Source: Pseudogymnoascus verrucosus
Lineage: Eukaryota
Reading direction: 5' to 3' (one strand)
Assembly: GCA_001662655.1 (NCBI GenBank)
Contig: KV460210.1
DNA length: 64,000 nt
The translations under genes and the position numbers were made by a program. Of the stretch, positions 60,380 to 64,000 are shown one piece after another (position 1 is the first letter of the stretch; every line of letters starts with the position of its first letter). Under the pieces are notes generated by a model that saw only the letters and a program-made list of their open reading frames with translations, was not told where the DNA came from and searched no databases.

Positions 60380-60734
60380 ATGTCTCACGAGACTGTCTGG
60401 AACTCCCGCCCAAGGACCTACGGAAAGGGCTCGCGCGAGTGGTACGTAGCCCCGAATCTCGAAACTCTACACGATACGCCTGGGGGAAGGATGGCAGGAG
60501 TGCAGGATGCAGCAGGAGACAACGGGGAATGAACATATCAGCTAACACGAGTTTTTTAGCCGCGTCTGCACCCACAAGGCCGGTCTCATCCGCAAGTACG
60601 GCCTCAACATCTGCCGTCAGTGCTTCAGAGAGAAGGCTGCCGATATTGGATTCGTCAAGGTACGAGATGGAGATCTGGGGAGCGAGGGAGACTACTGGGC
60701 AACGGATAACTAACAGGATTTGCAGCACCGTTAA
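60380..60734 (+). CDS. RPS29: 40S ribosomal protein uS14 (S29)
   Basis: Exons 60380-60441, 60560-60659 and 60726-60734 give [56 protein letters not shown]. Confidence 0.97.
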
Positions 60735-61187
60735 ATTATTCCCATACCGAAGACAATGGCAAGGACTTGTGAGCATCGGGGCGTGATGTGAGCTTGGAAC
60801 GGCGGAACTCGATGAACTAGCACTGGGATGGAGTTACGGCTTGCTGAATCGAGGAAGGATGTTTTGGTTGTTGAGAGCGCCTCATATTCGAGCGGGGGAT
60901 CGCTGGACTGTTTTCGGTTTGGTGGATTACACTCGAGAAGTGTTGCTGTGGGTATCAATCGGCCAGCAGGTGTTACAACAGTTTGGTGTGGCTGGCTATG
61001 GTTGTGCTCGGGGGTAGTCAGATTGGAACGTCTGTTTGGCTCCTCGGCCGCATAGCTCTCAATATCACTTCATTCAACTTTTCCCCTGGAATCCGCCGTT
61101 GAATTGTGCTTCATACCTCTCGGGGGTCTTATCTAACCGTCCAATTAACAGCAACTAATACTTCAGATATCCAAGCCCAAGGTTAAC

Positions 61188-61376
61188 CATATCAGTCATT
61201 CAGGTTAAAGGATCATCATATCAGTCACCCAGGTTAAAGGATCATCATATCAGTCATTCAGGTTAAAGGATCATCATATCAGTCACCCAGGTTAAAGGAT
61301 CATCATATCAGTCATCCAGGTAAAAGGATCATCATATCAGTCATCCAGGTTAAACGATCATCATATCAGTCACCAG
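61188..61376. repeat. 29-bp tandem minisatellite, about 6.5 copies
   Basis: Consensus CATATCAGTCAYYCAGGTTAAAGGATCAT, with units starting at 61188, 61217, 61246, 61275, 61304, 61333 and 61362 (partial); no spacers. Confidence 0.95.
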
Positions 61377-61408
61377 GGTCATCAACCTCAGGATTATTCG
61401 TCAAGTGG

Positions 61409-63013
61409 CTAAAGGGAAAACTTGAATTCGATTTGATATAACTTCTCGAAAAACGAACTTGAACGCGTACGCCTACAAACCGGGCAGCTGCGAGCTTCAG
61501 GTGATCGGTACCATTCCTGGAGGCATCTTTCACCAGCATATTGTCCACAACAAGATACAAGTCGAACTGGACACTCAACTTCGCCGGCTTCATTTTGAAC
61601 GCCGAATGTCTCGCGGCAGATTGGACAGTCTCTGGCATCGTGTGGGAGATCCTCGGTACTTACCAGAGTGCCACCTGTTTCTTGGCGACGGTTGTTGCGA
61701 AGTTCATCTAGAGCGTGGATCCGATCGGTTATCATACAAATGACAAGCATTTTGATGGCTTGCGGGCTCGAATTCAGGTAAACGAGACATCTTCCTTGGG
61801 TAATTGATTTCTTGATCTGTCGCTGTTTGGAGATTTCAACCTGATCCTTGAGCTGAGTTACCACCTCATCCACTTGCTCGTCGTATCCCGATTCTTCGTC
61901 CCTCCTAACTCTGACGTTCCACGAGTCCGCAAAGACTTCGACCGAGCCAAACATATGGCACCAAAGCTCAACTACTCTGTTGCCCAGTTCCATTATTTTG
62001 CCAAGATGGCGGTGAAGGTCAAAGATTTTCCGGTTGAATTCTCCCGTCATCATATCCCGTTCGAAGTATCCCATGCATTCGTTCATTACTGTTCTGATCA
62101 TGGGCCGCACATGGGGTCCAAGTTGTTCGATGATCTTGAACTCTGCCGGGGTAAAGCAAGTCATTGGCCCGTTTTCTGCGAGTGTCATGCAGGCTCGGTA
62201 GTTATCGATGCCATCCTCCGGCAGAAATGATGGGATTTCTGGGCCTGAATATCGCTCCTATGATTGCCAGTGTCAGCAGTTTGCTTCGCTGGGCATTGTG
62301 GCACTCATACAGTTGGACGCCAAAGTCTGGCATATGTAAAGGTTGTCTGGTATCCAAAGTTAGCCCCTTGTTCTCCATTTTATAAGTCAGTGATAAGTGG
62401 GATTCCATACAGGCCTTGGAGTTTTCGAGAGGTTCCGCTCTTTTGCACATGGCCCCAATATGTCAAACCTGAGTTGCTGAATGATTTCCCACATGCTTCT
62501 CTCCATGTCCTCCAACCTGGACCTGCAACGAGGCAAGTGCTCGACCCAGGCCATATAGAAATCCCAAACTTCCTCGGCCAATATGGCATTGTCATCCACG
62601 GGACACTTCAGAGTCGCCGCTCGAGCGATACGTTCTGCACTCCAGGACGTCAAGTGCGCCAAAGATAACACTACTGGTTTCTGAGATGTTGAAATCCCTG
62701 GAAACCAATAGTCGAAGCAAACTGCAGTACAACGGCGGCGAAGGTCGCCGGCACCTGGTTGAAGTCCCTCGGATCGTAGACGGGGAACCATGTCGGATAA
62801 AAGTCTGGAGGATATATCAGCAATGTCCAAAAGGATAGAACGATGCACCTACTGTTAGAAATATGGGGTGCTCTGGTATTTTTTGTTTGTAATTTATACT
62901 TGCTTCTTATCAGCCAGACTTGAGCGAGGGCCTGTGAAGTGTGTTATAATATCAATACGGAGCGAATACATAATCATGCTGTAGCCATTCAAGTATTCAC
63001 TATTGTCATTCAT
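61409..63013 (-). CDS. Divergent protein with C-terminal RING-like zinc finger
   Basis: Introns 62899-62849, 62410-62347 and 62310-62258 join the ORF pieces in frame through a 36-nt exon. C-terminal CPIC...PVRLVSCCGQYAGERCLQEW...SCPVCR. The start is uncertain. Confidence 0.65.
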
Positions 63014-64000
63014 GGAAATAAGATGATTCACTCGATGAGATAACTGACTGTCCTGCCATGCCTCTATGAATAATTTAGCTGGACACTGATGCTGGGCTGC
63101 ACTTGCATTTTTAAGAGCTATATCTACAGGAAACAAGCCATGACCAAAAAAACTTATGTGACAGCAGGTGAGAATTTAAAAAAGACAAACATCATCTATG
63201 GTGAGAGAAAACTGCCATACTATCTCTGGTATCCCAAAATCCACCCGGAGAGCTTCGTGGTGCCTGGGGGATTTGATACTTGATAAATTGACCCATGTGG
63301 CTGATAAACGCGTTATGTCATATTTGTTTATAAAGAGGAGTCTCAGGGATGTCTCAAGAGGGGAACCTCCTCAACTCAAATAGCACCCTAATTCTTGCAA
63401 GTAATCACTGCCTGACTTTCCAACGAACCGCATCCGGCCGTCTTTTGCCCTAAATACTTCGGCTTTCCAAGGTACTGTGTGTGGGTGGGCCTCCGCTTGT
63501 GGTGGACCATTGCAGTTTCCATGAAGTGGAGGAGTTTAAACCTTCGGGGTGTTATTTAATACTTAGACTTCCCTAACATCCTTGGACCATGCATCACCAC
63601 ACTTAAAACCATGCCTTCAAGCATTACCACGAAAGGCATAATCAGCAATTATCATAAACAGCGCTTCGAAGTCGCGACGGCTCTATTTTCCTTCATTCTG
63701 GCCAGCCACAGATCGGCCCTTATCGTTATCGGAGTGGATCTCCTCCCCCCAGCAACGCGCATTGGCGTCATCGGTAAACAAATAGCTTCAAATTCATGTT
63801 CTCAAACTGGAACTGCCGACAAGTCGACCTGCTACAGGACTTGCAAGATTCCTTAATTGACATGGCCCTGGATCCAAGGTTAATGCCAGGCGTGGCAGCT
63901 GAGCTGCGCTCTATTCGATCTTCCGCGTCAACACCATCGCTTCGGTCGAGGGACGGAAGCATCACGCCCAGCGGCAGCAGAATGGAACCTGGGGGAAACG

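Noticed and set aside
796..60734. Programmed stop-codon readthrough (TGA-CTA) creating cryptic peroxisomal tails
   Set aside because: None of the stop codons I inspected has the TGA CTA context.
61188..61376. 29-bp repeats as a CRISPR array
   Set aside because: Units are contiguous with no unique spacers, the context is eukaryotic, and there are no cas genes.
62202..62848. Apparent frameshifts suggesting a pseudogene
   Set aside because: Explained by two canonical introns flanking a 36-nt exon.
63600..64000. Possible gene fragment at the window end
   Set aside because: Only short frames without recognisable motifs; cannot be supported without flanking sequence.

Overview
Eukaryotic DNA from a filamentous ascomycete (Pezizomycotina), shown by short GT-AG introns with CTRAY branch sites and conserved fungal proteins. 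My impression is Leotiomycete-like, but I cannot verify this. The window holds about 28 protein-coding genes, most of them spliced, so the ORF track fragments them. In order: an ATF/CREB-type bZIP factor (5'-truncated), mitoribosomal MRPL35 and YML6 (head-to-head), a RhoGAP, SNF4, VAC8, IMP1, mitochondrial IF3, TUF1, a NOPCHAP1/DUF4598-like protein, a non-canonical eIF4E, a centrin-like EF-hand protein, LAS1, ALB1, a membrane-anchored USP, a BOD1/Shg1-domain RS/RD-rich protein, a complex I accessory subunit, GCD2, glyoxalase II and an NAD kinase. An 11.5-kb gene desert follows, then an uncharacterised disordered protein, MFAP1, POL12, a PDR16-like Sec14 protein, TRS31, APC13, RPS29, a 29-bp tandem repeat and a divergent RING-like gene. 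I found no intact transposon, tRNA, rRNA or CRISPR array. The least-explained signals are non-coding: strongly base-paired intergenic segments (2217-2307, 13156-13850, 19129-19231), two box C/D-like candidates, the gene desert with a recurring TACGGAGTA motif, and a C-rich to G-rich switch within genes. Gene identities come from motif recognition, not database searches, and splice junctions were placed by eye.
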